A stretch of 64,000 nucleotides of DNA from an uncultured Clostridia bacterium (GCA_944388575.1 CALXJF010000006.1:781-64780), one strand, 5' to 3'; shown: positions 40,837 to 52,575, numbered from the stretch's first letter. The notes: a model not told the origin generated them from the sequence alone. Made by a program: numbers and translations.

Positions 40837-40956
40837 TACGAAAAATATATATTAAAAAAAAGTTGTAAAAAAGTGGAAATTATAATAAATGTGTGGTAAA
40901 ATATCTAATATATATTGAGCACTTTGCTCATAATGTTGAAAAAAAGGGAAAATATT

Positions 40957-42444
40957 ATGGAAATAAAAGAAAATTTAGGTAAACAAATAGTAGAAACAGC
41001 GTATTTAACAAAAGAAAACACAAAAAGGTATAGGCCTATTTTGCGTTTTTTTTATGAACAATATGAGAAAATGAATTTTATGTTGTATAAAGAAGATGTG
41101 TATGATGCATTAAAAGGAAAAATGTATTTTGAAGATTATACATTAGAGCAATGTGATAGTGACTTAAGTATGTTAAAGGAATGGAAAAATTTATCTGCTA
41201 TTCAAGATACTTCAACTGCATATACTTTAGAAGAATTTAAAAATAAAAAATATCGTTATCAGATAACAGATTTTACTGTTGAAATAGAAAAATTAGTAAT
41301 AAAGCTTGAGAACTTACATATTGAGGGAGCTTCTCTAGAACCAACTCTAATTGAAAGAATTAAAGAGCAAATATTAGAAATTGAAAAGTTAACTAATAAA
41401 AATGAAACAGTAATTAATGGTTGGTGGGAAAATTTAAATGCCGATTTTAAAAGATTAAATGATAATTATCAAGGGTATATCAAATCGTTTTATAACATAA
41501 AAATGGAGGAAATTGCTCAAAGTAGTCAATTTATAGTTAGAAAAAATGATCTAGTAATATATCTAAGAGAATTTATAAAGTCTTTACAAGATAATTCTTA
41601 TGTTATAGAAAGTGTATTAACTAACTTATCTTTAAAATTAGAAGAAGAAATAATTAATAAAGTTTCATTAGCTCAAAGTAAGGTAGTACGTATTGATAAA
41701 TTAGATCAAGAAGTTTCATATGAAGAAATAGTGACTAGAAATAAAAGTAAATGGAATAACTTAAAAAGATGGTTCATTGGAGATATTAATAAAGATAGTG
41801 AAATTGTAAATATAAATGAAAAAACAAGTGAGATAATTAGAAAAATAACTAGAGTGGCCAATCAAATTGCAGAGGCAAAGGGCAGTGTAAATAGTAGGAA
41901 GGCAGAATATAAAAAGATTGCCGAAATGTTTTGTAAAACAAAGACTTTACAAGAAGCTCATAAGTTATCAAGTTTAGTCTTTGGAATTACTGATACTAGA
42001 CATATGAAAGGGAATTTTGAGAGAAAAACAGATAATATTAATAGTAGTATTTTACAGGAAGAACAAGTAAGTATTAATGTAAAACCAAGAATAAGAGAAT
42101 ACAGAGAAAAACAAGAAAGAAACGCAATAGTTGATAAGTCTTTGGATAAAAAGGAAAAAATGCTTATTTATTTAAAAAAGCAAGAGAAACTAGCAAGAAC
42201 TTTAGAAAAGTATATAGTTAATGAAAAAATAGAATTCGAAAAGTTACCAGAAAATATAGAGGTTGAAATTAGAAAAATACTGCTTAAATGGGTATCTAGG
42301 GCAAATCAAAATAAATATAATCAGACAAAAGCTGAAGATGGAAGAACAGTGACATTACATTATCCAAAAGATAATAAGAAGTGTAAATTAAGATGTGTAG
42401 ATGGTACATTACTAATGCCAGCATTTATACTTGAAATAAAATAA
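40957..42444 (+). CDS. jetA: Wadjet type II JetA (TIGR02677/DUF2397-like)
   Basis: YLTKENTKRYRPILRFFYE, DL..LKEWKNL..QD, FKNKKYRYQIT; first of a four-gene operon. Confidence 0.85.
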   Translation: MEIKENLGKQIVETAYLTKENTKRYRPILRFFYEQYEKMNFMLYKEDVYDALKGKMYFEDYTLEQCDSDLSMLKEWKNLSAIQDTSTAYTLEEFKNKKYRYQITDFTVEIEKLVIKLENLHIEGASLEPTLIERIKEQILEIEKLTNKNETVINGWWENLNADFKRLNDNYQGYIKSFYNIKMEEIAQSSQFIVRKNDLVIYLREFIKSLQDNSYVIESVLTNLSLKLEEEIINKVSLAQSKVVRIDKLDQEVSYEEIVTRNKSKWNNLKRWFIGDINKDSEIVNINEKTSEIIRKITRVANQIAEAKGSVNSRKAEYKKIAEMFCKTKTLQEAHKLSSLVFGITDTRHMKGNFERKTDNINSSILQEEQVSINVKPRIREYREKQERNAIVDKSLDKKEKMLIYLKKQEKLARTLEKYIVNEKIEFEKLPENIEVEIRKILLKWVSRANQNKYNQTKAEDGRTVTLHYPKDNKKCKLRCVDGTLLMPAFILEIK

Positions 42445-42451
42445 GATTGGA

Positions 42452-43624
42452 GTGATACAAATAACTAGTTTAGATATATTATTAGAGAATTATTGGATTT
42501 TAAAAGATCAAGATAGTGAAAAGTACGAAAATATAAGAAGTGGTTTAACAGAAGAAGAAATACAATTTATCAAACATAAATTAGGATATAAATTGATTAT
42601 CAATCCATATCTTGTAAAACTTGAAAAGATTCCTGGTATTCCAAATGAGTTTATGGGGATATTAGAGTTTCAATCTAAGTTAGATTATCTTTTTTTATGT
42701 ATGATATTAATCTTCCTAGAGGGTAAGTCTCCTAAAGAGCAGTTTATATTGTCGAATTTGATTGAATTTGTTGAAAATAGTAGTGTTGACATGGATTTAG
42801 CTGATATAGCGATTGATTTTACTTTATTTAAACATAGACAAGCTATGGTAAGAGTACTAAGATATATTAGAAATCTAGGTTTTATAAAATTATATGATGG
42901 AGATGAAAATAAATTTGCTGAAAATATTGAAAATGATGTACTTTATGAAATAACTGGTGTATCTAAGTATTTTGTTAGAAACTTTACTAGTAATATATTA
43001 GATTGTAATGGATATAAAGATATATATGAACAAGAACAATTAGGCCTAGAGCAAAATAGAGGTTTAGAAAGAACTCAAAGAGTATATAGAAGAATCTTCA
43101 TGGAAAACGTAGTATATAAAGAAGACATGGAAGATAGTGACTATGAATATATTAAGAAGTATAAAAATGTTATATCAAGGGATTGTGATATATTATTTGA
43201 CTCAAGCTTTGAAGTTCACAAAAATGGAGCATATATGGTTTTATCTGAAGAAAAAGCATATAAAAATGTTTTTCCATCTAATAAAGCAATTTCAGATGTG
43301 GTATTGTTTTTAAATAGTAAGCTAAAACAAATGCTAGAAAATAACGATTTTGAAATATCTTTATCTGATACGATAACTGTATCTACATACATGTGGCAAA
43401 ATATAATAGAGGCTGTTAGAAATGAGTTTGGTAGGGGATTTAGCAAAGAATATCGTATATTGGAGATTGAAAAACTTGTATATGAAGTAACAAATTATAT
43501 GAAACAGTTTGGTATGATTAGAGAGGACAAAGACAATAATGGCTATATAGTTATGCCAATTACATTTAAATTAGGCGGTCATTATAGTGATGAATTTTTA
43601 AATTATATAAATAAAAAGGAGTAG
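42452..43624 (+). CDS. jetB: Wadjet type II JetB (TIGR02678/DUF2398-like)
   Basis: LLENYWI, KLGYKLI, VKLEKIP, EQFILS.L.E, HRQAMVRVL, RVYRRI. Confidence 0.82.
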   Translation: MIQITSLDILLENYWILKDQDSEKYENIRSGLTEEEIQFIKHKLGYKLIINPYLVKLEKIPGIPNEFMGILEFQSKLDYLFLCMILIFLEGKSPKEQFILSNLIEFVENSSVDMDLADIAIDFTLFKHRQAMVRVLRYIRNLGFIKLYDGDENKFAENIENDVLYEITGVSKYFVRNFTSNILDCNGYKDIYEQEQLGLEQNRGLERTQRVYRRIFMENVVYKEDMEDSDYEYIKKYKNVISRDCDILFDSSFEVHKNGAYMVLSEEKAYKNVFPSNKAISDVVLFLNSKLKQMLENNDFEISLSDTITVSTYMWQNIIEAVRNEFGRGFSKEYRILEIEKLVYEVTNYMKQFGMIREDKDNNGYIVMPITFKLGGHYSDEFLNYINKKE

Positions 43625-43627
43625 ATT

Positions 43628-46600
43628 ATGCAAGAAATAAATCAAGATAGATGGAAAATAAATAAAATTGGATTAATAAATTATTGGTGGTATGATGAAG
43701 AGGAATTTGAATTTGAAGATGGAAGAATGCTATTAAGGGGGACAAATGGATCGCGGAAAGAGTGTAACAATGCAAAGTTTTATTCCTTTACTTTTAGATG
43801 GTAAAAAGACACCAGAAAGATTAGATCCATTTGGAAATAAAGCAAGAAAGATCGAAGATTATGTTTTAGGTTATGGTGATGATGTAAAAGAAGAAAGTAC
43901 CAGTTATTTATATATGGAGTTTGTCAAAGAAAATAGCGATAATTATAGAACAGTTGGTATGGGACTTCGTGGTAAGAGAGGACAAGGTATAAAATTTTGG
44001 GGTTTTGTTATAAAAGATGGAAGAAGAGTGGGAAAAGATATATTATTATATAGAGATAAAAGTAATAAAATACCTCTGACAAAGCAAGAATTAAAAAATC
44101 GCCTTGGTGTAGGTGGTGAAATTGTAGAAACTCAAAAAGAATACGCTACTCTTGTAAATAATAATATTTTTGGATTTGAAAGCTTAGAGGAATATGATGA
44201 ATTTATAAAGCTATTAATTGAAATTAGGACTCCTAAACTTTCAAAAGGAAATAATTTTAGACCGTCAACTGTCATAGAAATACTCTCAAATTCTCTAAGA
44301 CCTTTATCTGATGAAGATTTAAGGCCGGTATCAGAGTCAATTGATAACATGAATAAAACAAAGGAACAATTAAGATTTCTAAAACAAAGTCAAAAAGCAA
44401 TAAATAAAATAAAAGGGTATTATGAAGAGTATAATAAATATTTACTTTATTCTAAAGCTAAGAGATACATTTTAGAAAATAATAATTATAATAAGAGTAA
44501 AATAGAGCAAGATGAGATAAAAGAAACTATACAGAAAAACCAGAACAAATTAATTGATATAAAAAACAAAATACAGGATTTAGATGCTAAAATTAAAGCT
44601 GTTAATTTACAAGAAGAGAATTTAAGAAATAGTAAGGCTTGGAATATTCAAAAAGAGTTGACAACAATAGAAGAAGAGCTAAAAGAATTAAATAAGACTC
44701 AAGAGGAAAAACAAACTCGTATTGAAATAAATGAAAAGGAGGAAAAACAACTTGAATATAAAATAAAAGAGATAGAAGATGAATATGACATTCTTTTAAA
44801 AGATTTTGAAGACTTAGATTTTAATTTAGATGGTATAGCTAAAGAGTTGGAATTTCAAGAGTATATTTTGTGTGTTCAAGAAATTAAAAATAATATGCGA
44901 CAAAAATATGATTTTAGTTTACTTAATGAGGAACTTAAAAGATATATTAAAAGAATTGAACTAGTTAAACAGACTTTACAAGAATTAAGAGAGGCTGAAA
45001 AATCATATGATGATGCCAATAGGGATTTACAAATAGTCAAAAATAATAAGTCAAAACAAGATGTTTATGTTACACACTTAAGAAATTTAAGAGATGAAGA
45101 AAAAAGTAAAATGGTAGATGCTGTTTATCTATGGGAGAAAAAGAATGAATTTTTAAAATTAACAGATGTTCAAAAGGTAGAATTAGTACAAAGAATTCAA
45201 AATTATGGAGATGATTCAACTTATGATGATATAATAGAAATTTTGAGAAAGCCTTTGTCTAGTATACAAGATAGTTTTTCAAAACAGCTAGTAACTTCGC
45301 AGTATAAACAAGAAGAAATAGATAAACAAATTATCAAATTAAAAGAAGAGAAAGATGAATGGCATAATATGAAAGACCCAGAACCAACAAGAACTGAAGT
45401 TATAATTGCTAATAGAAATAAACTAAAAGAAGCAAATATACATTTTGTTCCTTTTTATCAAGCAGTTGATTTTAGGGAAGAAGTAGATGATAAACTAAAG
45501 GGAATTATAGAAGCAGCTTTAAATGATATGGGCATACTAGATGCCTTAATAATATCAAAAGAAGATTTGGAAAAAGCATTTAAAATTGATGTGGGTTTTG
45601 TTGACAAATATTTGGTTGCAAACCCAATAGAATTAAGACACGATTTATCTGAGTATTTAAAAGTCTCTTTAAAAGAAGGAATTGGTATATCATCTAGTCA
45701 AGTAGTTGACATTTTAAAAACTATACTTATAGCTGATGAAGAAGCAAAAAATTATTTAGACGAGGATGGAAGATATAAAATAGGGTTAATAAGTGGTAAA
45801 GCTAATAAAGATGAAATATCAAAATATATAGGTCAAGAGTCAAGAAAAAAATATAGATTAAAAAGAATAGAAGAGTTAAATAATGATATAGAAATTCTTG
45901 AAAATAAGAAAGCAGAAGAACTTTTAAAAATTGATACTATAAATAAACAAGTAGAAAGTTTAAACAATGAATTCAAAGATTTTCCTTCTAAAGCATTAAT
46001 AGAAGAGAGAGAGAATGATTTGAAAATTGCAATACAAAAGTTAGAAGCTATAAAATTAGATGTAGAGGCTAAGGAAAAAATATTAAACGAAAAGTATATT
46101 GTTTTAAAAGAAGTAAAAATAAAAAGCGATGAAGAAACAAAAAAATTTCCTTTTAGTCCAAAGTTAGAATCTTATCAAGTAATTGTTGAAACTGCTATAA
46201 AATTTAAAGAAGATATGTATGAATTTGAAAAGTTACAGAATAATTTAGTAAATATTTTTCAAAATAAAAGTATCTATGAAGAGAATCTTTATAGAGTTAG
46301 AGATAATTTAGATGATTTGCGTTATGAATTAAATCACGTAGATATAAAACAAAAAGAACAAGAGGAAAAGAAAATTTCGTTAACAAAGATATTGGAGCAA
46401 GAAGGCGGTAATTTAACTAAGCAGATGGAGGAATGTTTAAATCTAAAAAGAGAATTACCATTAAAAAAAGATGAAACTATAAAGTTAGAAGGAATTCTTG
46501 AAACTGATATAAAGAATAAGCAAGAAAAAGCTTTTTTACTTGATGAGCGTATTATTATTTTGGATAAGATAAAAAATATAAGTCAAAATATTTTTAATAA

Positions 46601-47741
46601 AGAATTACAACTTGGATATGTAAAGTCTCCAAATACAGATATAGAAAGTAAAATAAAAATTGAGAATATTGCTAAAGATGTGATAAAGGAATATAATTAT
46701 TTTGATAAATATAATAAATCAATAAGCGACTACTTAGATAATCTTATGGTCCAAGTTAGAATGAATCAAGAATACCTTGTGGATTATAATTTAAGCATTG
46801 AAACAATTTTAGCTTTGGAAATAGAAGAAGAAAATCAAGATATTATAAGTTTATTACAAACAAGTAGTAGACGTGATATAACTTGTTTTGTAAATGGTAA
46901 AAAAGTTAAATTTTTGACTTTGTCTAAAGAAGTGGATGAAACGATAGTTACAACAGAGAACTTAATAGAAGAAGATGATAGAAAATTATTTGAAGAAATA
47001 TTAACAAATACTGTTGGAAGAAAAATTAGAGAAAGAATATACCATGCTAAAGATTGGGTTAAATCAATGAATGAATTAATGGAAACAATTGATACATCAA
47101 GCAAATTATCTTTTAGCTTAAACTGGAAGCCTAAAGTTGCAACTAATGATACAGAAATTGATACAAAAGAGCTTGTAGATATATTAAATTCAGATAGCAG
47201 AATTTTAAGACAGGAAGAAATAAAAAAGGTTGCATCTCATTTTAGAACAAAATTTGAAAAAGCAGAAAATAGAGTTAAAGAAATGGGAGGAGTGACACCT
47301 TTTCACGATATTATTAAAGAGACTCTTGATTATAGGACTTGGTTTGAGTTTCAGTTTAATTATAAAAGGGGAAATGAAAATAAAAAAGAGCTAACTAACA
47401 ATGCGTTTTTTAAATTAAGTGGTGGCGAGAAAGCTATGGCCATGTATATACCTTTATTTGCTGCTGTTACCTCTAAATTACAAAGTGCAAAAGCTATGGC
47501 TCCTAGAATAATATCTTTGGATGAGGCTTTTGCTGGAGTTGATGATGCAAATATTAGGGATATGTTTAGAATTCTTACAAAACTTGGTTTAGAATATATA
47601 ATTAATTCTCAAGTGTTATGGGGAGAGTATGATACAATACCAGCAATAGCAATTTATGAACTTGTTAGTGACCCTGAATCAAAAGTGGTATGTGTGATAA
47701 AATATGTTTGGAATGGGAATAAAAGAGAATTAATAGTTTAG
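43628..47741 (+). pseudogene. jetC: Wadjet type II JetC SMC-like ATPase (TIGR02680-like), +1 frameshift in Walker A
   Basis: True start 43628 (RW.INKIGLINYWWYDEEEF.FEDGRMLLRGTNGS); after the extra base near 43754 GKSVTMQSFIPLLLDG continues; coiled coils, LSGGEKA, LDEAFAGVD. May be a sequencing error. Confidence 0.85.
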
Positions 47742-47754
47742 GAGAGCGGTTAAA

Positions 47755-49038
47755 TTGCAAGAAGAAATATATAAAGAGGCATTAGTTTATTTTAAAGAAG
47801 ACAGTGGATTTGATAGACTTTTTAATAAATTAAAAGAAAAGTTTGAAATTTACGAGAAAGAGCTAGCTGGTACTGTTATAATTGATAATCCAACATCTAA
47901 AGAAAAAGAAGCTCTTTCTGGTTTTATGAAAAAGAATTATAGTAAAAGTAAGAATATACAAATAAAGGTGGCTAGATTTCAAGAAAGACTTGATGACACA
48001 AAGTTTGCTGGCATAAAAGTAAAAGTTTTAGTTGAAAAGTATTTTAATATGAGGATTATAACTAAAAAACATAAAAGACAAGTAAAGCAAGAAAAACAAG
48101 AAGATTTTTTTAATCAGTTACTAAAAAGTCAAGAGGGAAAGAGAAGTTATAAGATATTAAAAGAGGTAATGGAAGAAAGAAATGAAACTTTTGGAATTTT
48201 AAAGATGGAGTATAACTTACACAAAGAAATTGCCAAGAACGCTTTAGTTAATGCATGTATGGCAATAAATAATTTACCTAATAAAAAAATGTCTTTGCCA
48301 GTTTTTTCTGCTCAAATATTAAAAAATCCACATGAATTAGATAGAACTAATATAACAGGAAGAATTTTTTTGAGTTTATTATCAAAAGAGCAAAATATGA
48401 AAAAACCTAGATTAATAGAGGAATTATCCGAATTTTATTATAATAATAATCTTTTAATTGATGATTTATCTAATATGGTTTTATGCAAGAATATAATAGG
48501 TAAAAAAGAAGGAAAAATACATGTTGGTTGGAAAGGTTTTGTAGATAATAATGAACCTATGCAAGTAACTTTGTTGCAACTTTCAAATATAGATGAGGTA
48601 AAGTTAAATTTGCCATATGCAATTGTTGTTGAAAATCCAGCCGTTTTTTCCGAACTTTCAATGTTGACAAGGAATATTGGACTCGTTTGTACTTATGGTC
48701 AAGTTAAGCTTTCAGGATTGATATTATTAGAGCTATTAAAAAAAAGTGGTACACAATTATATTATTCTGGTGATATTGATCCAGAAGGTATACAGATTGC
48801 TGATAGATTAAAACAAAGATTTAAAGAGAGTATTACACTTTTTGGTTTTGACGAACATACTTATATTAAGAACTTGTCAAATGTTGTTTTAAACAAGAGT
48901 AGATTAAAAAAACTAGAAAGTATAAGTACTCAAGAATTAAAGGAGTTAGCAGATTTCTTAAGGTTTGAGGAAAGAGCAGCTTATGAAGAAAAAAACATAG
49001 ATGCAATTTTAAAATTAGCAAGTAATTTAGAAAATTAA
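47755..49038 (+). CDS. jetD: Wadjet type II JetD toprim nuclease (TIGR02679/DUF2399-like)
   Basis: PHELD, VVENPAVF, VCTYGQ, YSGDIDPEGIQIADRL, YEE. Confidence 0.88.
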   Translation: MQEEIYKEALVYFKEDSGFDRLFNKLKEKFEIYEKELAGTVIIDNPTSKEKEALSGFMKKNYSKSKNIQIKVARFQERLDDTKFAGIKVKVLVEKYFNMRIITKKHKRQVKQEKQEDFFNQLLKSQEGKRSYKILKEVMEERNETFGILKMEYNLHKEIAKNALVNACMAINNLPNKKMSLPVFSAQILKNPHELDRTNITGRIFLSLLSKEQNMKKPRLIEELSEFYYNNNLLIDDLSNMVLCKNIIGKKEGKIHVGWKGFVDNNEPMQVTLLQLSNIDEVKLNLPYAIVVENPAVFSELSMLTRNIGLVCTYGQVKLSGLILLELLKKSGTQLYYSGDIDPEGIQIADRLKQRFKESITLFGFDEHTYIKNLSNVVLNKSRLKKLESISTQELKELADFLRFEERAAYEEKNIDAILKLASNLEN

Positions 49039-49170
49039 AAAATAAAGAATAGGAAGAATGCTTTAAAATATGATAAAGGCAATTATAGTTATACAATGTT
49101 ATGCAGAATAATATCCACCTACATGGCAATTTATATATTTTACAATATTTAATGATTAATTTCGTTATAG

Positions 49171-49199
49171 TTGACAAAAATTTAAATATATAATATAAT
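49171..49199 (+). promoter_or_regulatory. Consensus sigmaA promoter
   Basis: TTGACA-17 nt-TATAAT. Confidence 0.8.
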
Positions 49200-49239
49200 T
49201 TAAGTATAGGAATTATGTATCATGAAAGGTGGTAAATAT

Positions 49240-49365
49240 ATGGGAGATGAAATCTTAAATCAAGTTGAAAAAAACAACCAGTTGATAGAGCAATGTAATG
49301 AAACTTTAGATATGATATCGCGTACTGTAAAAATTATGAATGAGATGGTAGGTGATGATGAATAA
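49240..49365 (+). CDS. Small acidic protein, 41 aa (not in the ORF track), coupled to the next gene
   Basis: GAAAGGTGG RBS; MGDEILNQVEKNNQLIEQCNETLDMISRTVKIMNEMVGDDE*; TAATG stop/start overlap. Confidence 0.7.
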   Translation: MGDEILNQVEKNNQLIEQCNETLDMISRTVKIMNEMVGDDE

Positions 49366-51419
49366 TGGCTGAACAACAAGAAAGAAATGATGTAAACAAC
49401 AGAAGAGATAATGTGGATAGTAGAGATAATAGATACAATAGGTATAATCGTAATTATGATAGAAATAATTCTGATAATCAATTTAATAATACAAATAAAA
49501 ATGACAGAAGAGATAATAAAGAAGAAAATAAAGAAATTAATAGTGAGCCTCGTAATGTCAGTGTTGATCTTAGAACAAATATAGAAAAATCTGTATCTGG
49601 CATTGGTGATTTAGATAGTAAGAGAAATCAAATCATTTCCGATTTAGGGACTGTAAACAATATGTTAGTTGAGTTTTATGATAGCCAACTTAATATGTAT
49701 GGTGCTCAAGGATTAAGAGATGCTCAAGGAAGAACATACGCTGCTTCAAATTATACTACTCCTGAAGAAAAACTTGCGGCAATTGAGAGTATTATATATT
49801 ATAATACTGATAGAACAAGGGATTTTAGTAAAGCATTTTCTGATGTTCAAACGCAAATAAAAGAGCAAAGAGAAAAACTAAAGAAAAAAGCAGTAAAATT
49901 ATTGGATGACAATAAAAAGTTAATTGACGATAATAAGAAATTAATTAGTGATGCTAAGCTCGAAATTCATAATGATAAAGAAAAAAGTAAGCAATTTGAA
50001 ATAGAAAGATTAGAAGAAAAAAATAAAGCAGATGTGGCGTTAAACAATAAAAAGTTTGCAGAGAAAAAAGTTGAGGATATAAAAAAAGAAATTGAAGAGT
50101 TAAGAAAAAGGCAAGAAGATATTAGTATGGAGATAAAAAATGCTAAAGAAGATGATGCACATGCTCAAGCCACAGGTAAAAAGAAGAATAGTCCACATGT
50201 AGGTTACTATAATGCTAAATCAAAAGAAATTGAGAGTTTAACCCGTGAAATACAGCAAAAGGAGAACTTCGTTACTGATTTTAATAACCAAATTATTCAA
50301 TTTAAGGAAGAGTATACAACGGCAACTAATAATCTTAAAATTATAGAAAAGAAAAAATCAGATTTGGATGCTATGACAGCTAATAAGGAAAGAAATTTGG
50401 CAACTTTGGAAAGTAAAAATAGTGAATTAAAAAAGAAATTTAATTCCACTATAGAACCTTTAGAAAAAGCTTTTGATGAAACCGTAAAAGGAATGTATAA
50501 AAATGATCAGAGACTAAATTATGATAAGGATAGTACCTTAAATAATGATGGTAAAGAAAGTGAAGTTGTACCAGAAGAAAAAGAGAAAGATGAACAAATA
50601 GATAAAGAATCTAAATCTCAAGACGATGGAAATGGGGCGTCAGTTATTAGTGGTTTACCTAAAGATGTAACCGAAGAAGAATTGTCAAAGAATTTTATAA
50701 CTAATTTTACTGATAGTTCAACTGGTGCACAAAGAAGACAAATTTTAAATGGACCTGGATTTAAGAATATAATTGCAGCAATGGATAGTGCTGGTAGATT
50801 TGATAGAAGACATTTAAGAGTGGCACTACAAGATATGCAAAGAGATATGCAAGAAAATGTTCCAAGTAGAATTGATTTTATAAACAACATGAAAAATATA
50901 GTATCAGATGGAAGTATTGATTTTGACGAATTGTATGATAGTATGTTTACAGAATATGATGATGGAAGTATTGAGTTTAATAATTTTTCAAAAATAGAAA
51001 GAGAAGAATTAGGAAATATGCAAAAATTATTGGATAAATTTTTAGACTTAAAAACAAATGGTCAATTAACTGTAGAACAGGCACAACTTTTTGAGGATAA
51101 TTTTGCACAATTTGCAAAAATAGGCTCATTACTTGAAAATGATAGTGCAACAAATAGTCGTTTTTTAAGAGGTTTCAAAAGATTATTTAAAGGGGATATG
51201 TACAATACACGCAGAAAACTTTTAATTTCTCTTTCAAAATATAGTGAAGCAAGATTTGATGAATTAAATAATCAGTATTCTAAGCATAATGACTTCATTA
51301 CTCAATTAGGAGGAAAAGTTGAAAACACTCCTAAATATGTTGAAAATAGAGGAAATATAGAAAGAACAGGTAGAGGTTTAAGTCAAGAAGTCGAAGATGG
51401 AAAAATGAATTATAGATAG
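49365..51419 (+). CDS. Hypothetical 684-aa coiled-coil protein with N/R/D-rich N-terminus
   Basis: Long ORF; low-complexity start, heptad-rich centre, acidic linker, globular C-terminus; no signal peptide or TM seen. Confidence 0.85.
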   Translation: MAEQQERNDVNNRRDNVDSRDNRYNRYNRNYDRNNSDNQFNNTNKNDRRDNKEENKEINSEPRNVSVDLRTNIEKSVSGIGDLDSKRNQIISDLGTVNNMLVEFYDSQLNMYGAQGLRDAQGRTYAASNYTTPEEKLAAIESIIYYNTDRTRDFSKAFSDVQTQIKEQREKLKKKAVKLLDDNKKLIDDNKKLISDAKLEIHNDKEKSKQFEIERLEEKNKADVALNNKKFAEKKVEDIKKEIEELRKRQEDISMEIKNAKEDDAHAQATGKKKNSPHVGYYNAKSKEIESLTREIQQKENFVTDFNNQIIQFKEEYTTATNNLKIIEKKKSDLDAMTANKERNLATLESKNSELKKKFNSTIEPLEKAFDETVKGMYKNDQRLNYDKDSTLNNDGKESEVVPEEKEKDEQIDKESKSQDDGNGASVISGLPKDVTEEELSKNFITNFTDSSTGAQRRQILNGPGFKNIIAAMDSAGRFDRRHLRVALQDMQRDMQENVPSRIDFINNMKNIVSDGSIDFDELYDSMFTEYDDGSIEFNNFSKIEREELGNMQKLLDKFLDLKTNGQLTVEQAQLFEDNFAQFAKIGSLLENDSATNSRFLRGFKRLFKGDMYNTRRKLLISLSKYSEARFDELNNQYSKHNDFITQLGGKVENTPKYVENRGNIERTGRGLSQEVEDGKMNYR

Positions 51420-51425
51420 TATTAC

Positions 51426-51460
51426 AAAACAATAAGGTACATTGTTACCTTATTGTTTTT
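51426..51460 (+). terminator. Intrinsic terminator
   Basis: AAAACAATAAGGTA-loop-TACCTTATTGTTTT. Confidence 0.8.
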
Positions 51461-51503
51461 GTTGTCGTTATATGGTATAATTGATAACAAGGAGATGTAT
51501 TTT

Positions 51504-52575
51504 ATGTCAAGGACTATAAATATGATGTCAAAAGCTCATACCGTTAAAGGGCAGGGTGTACTTTCAGCTTATGAAGAGCAAGTAAGTTTAGTTCAAAGTC
51601 ATTTAGATAATTTATATGATGTTAGAGTTAATAAGTTAAAATTTGCAGACATTAGACATTATCATACTATTAATCCTGAATTTTTTTTAACACTACCTTT
51701 TGCGAAGGTAAAATCTAGTACAGTGGGCTATGTACATTTTTTACCTGAAACATTGGATAAGAGCTTAAAGTTACCTAAAATTATTAGAAGAATCGTCTAT
51801 AAATATGTTATGGAATTCTATAAAAGTATGGATTATTTAGTTACTGTCAATCCTTATTTCATTGATAAATTAGAAGAATTAGGAATTAAAAGAGATAAAA
51901 TAACATATATTCCTAATTATGTTTCTGCCAAAAGGTTTTTTAAATTAGATAAAGAAACAAATTATAAAACACGTAAAAAATATGGTATAGATAAAAATAA
52001 ATTTGTTGTACTTTCTGTAGGTCAATTACAAATAAGAAAAGGAATAATGGATTTCGTAAAAGTAGCTGAGCAAATGCCTGATATACAGTTTGTATGGGCA
52101 GGAGGATTTTCTTTTAAACAAATATCTGACCGGATATAATGAAATAAAAAAGATTTTAAAAGATCCACCTAAAAATGTTAAATTTTTGGATATAATTCCA
52201 AGAGAAGAAATGAATGAGTTATATAATATGTCAGATATGTTATTTTTAGCTTCTTATGAAGAGTTGTTTCCAATGACAGTACTTGAAGCATCTAATTGTA
52301 AAATACCTATATTACTTAGAGATATTGAACTTTATAAATGTATTTTAGATGGCTATTATTTAAAAGGTTTGGATATTAAGTCTTTTGTAGAACAGATTTA
52401 TAAATTGAAAAATGATAAAACATATTATAATAAAGCTGTATTGATGTCGGAAAAATGTGCAAAATATTATAGTGAGGAAAATGTAGCTAAAATGTGGAAA
52501 TCATATTATAATAGAATATATAAAAACTCTCAGAAAAAGACATGGAGAAAGAGAAAAAATGTTTGGGAAAATTAA
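51504..52575 (+). pseudogene. cpoA: CpoA-like GT4 glycolipid glycosyltransferase, +1 frameshift near 52130
   Basis: INM.S....GQGV.SAY.E, GYVHFLPETL, VNPYFI, GQLQIRKG, WAGGFSF...D|GY, ELFPMTVLEAS..PILLRD match streptococcal CpoA; split by one extra C. May be a sequencing error. Confidence 0.75.

Noticed and set aside
49365-49530. GATAAT/AGAGAT-rich quasi-repeats
   Set aside because: Explained by the N/R/D low-complexity coding region; no fixed period or spacers
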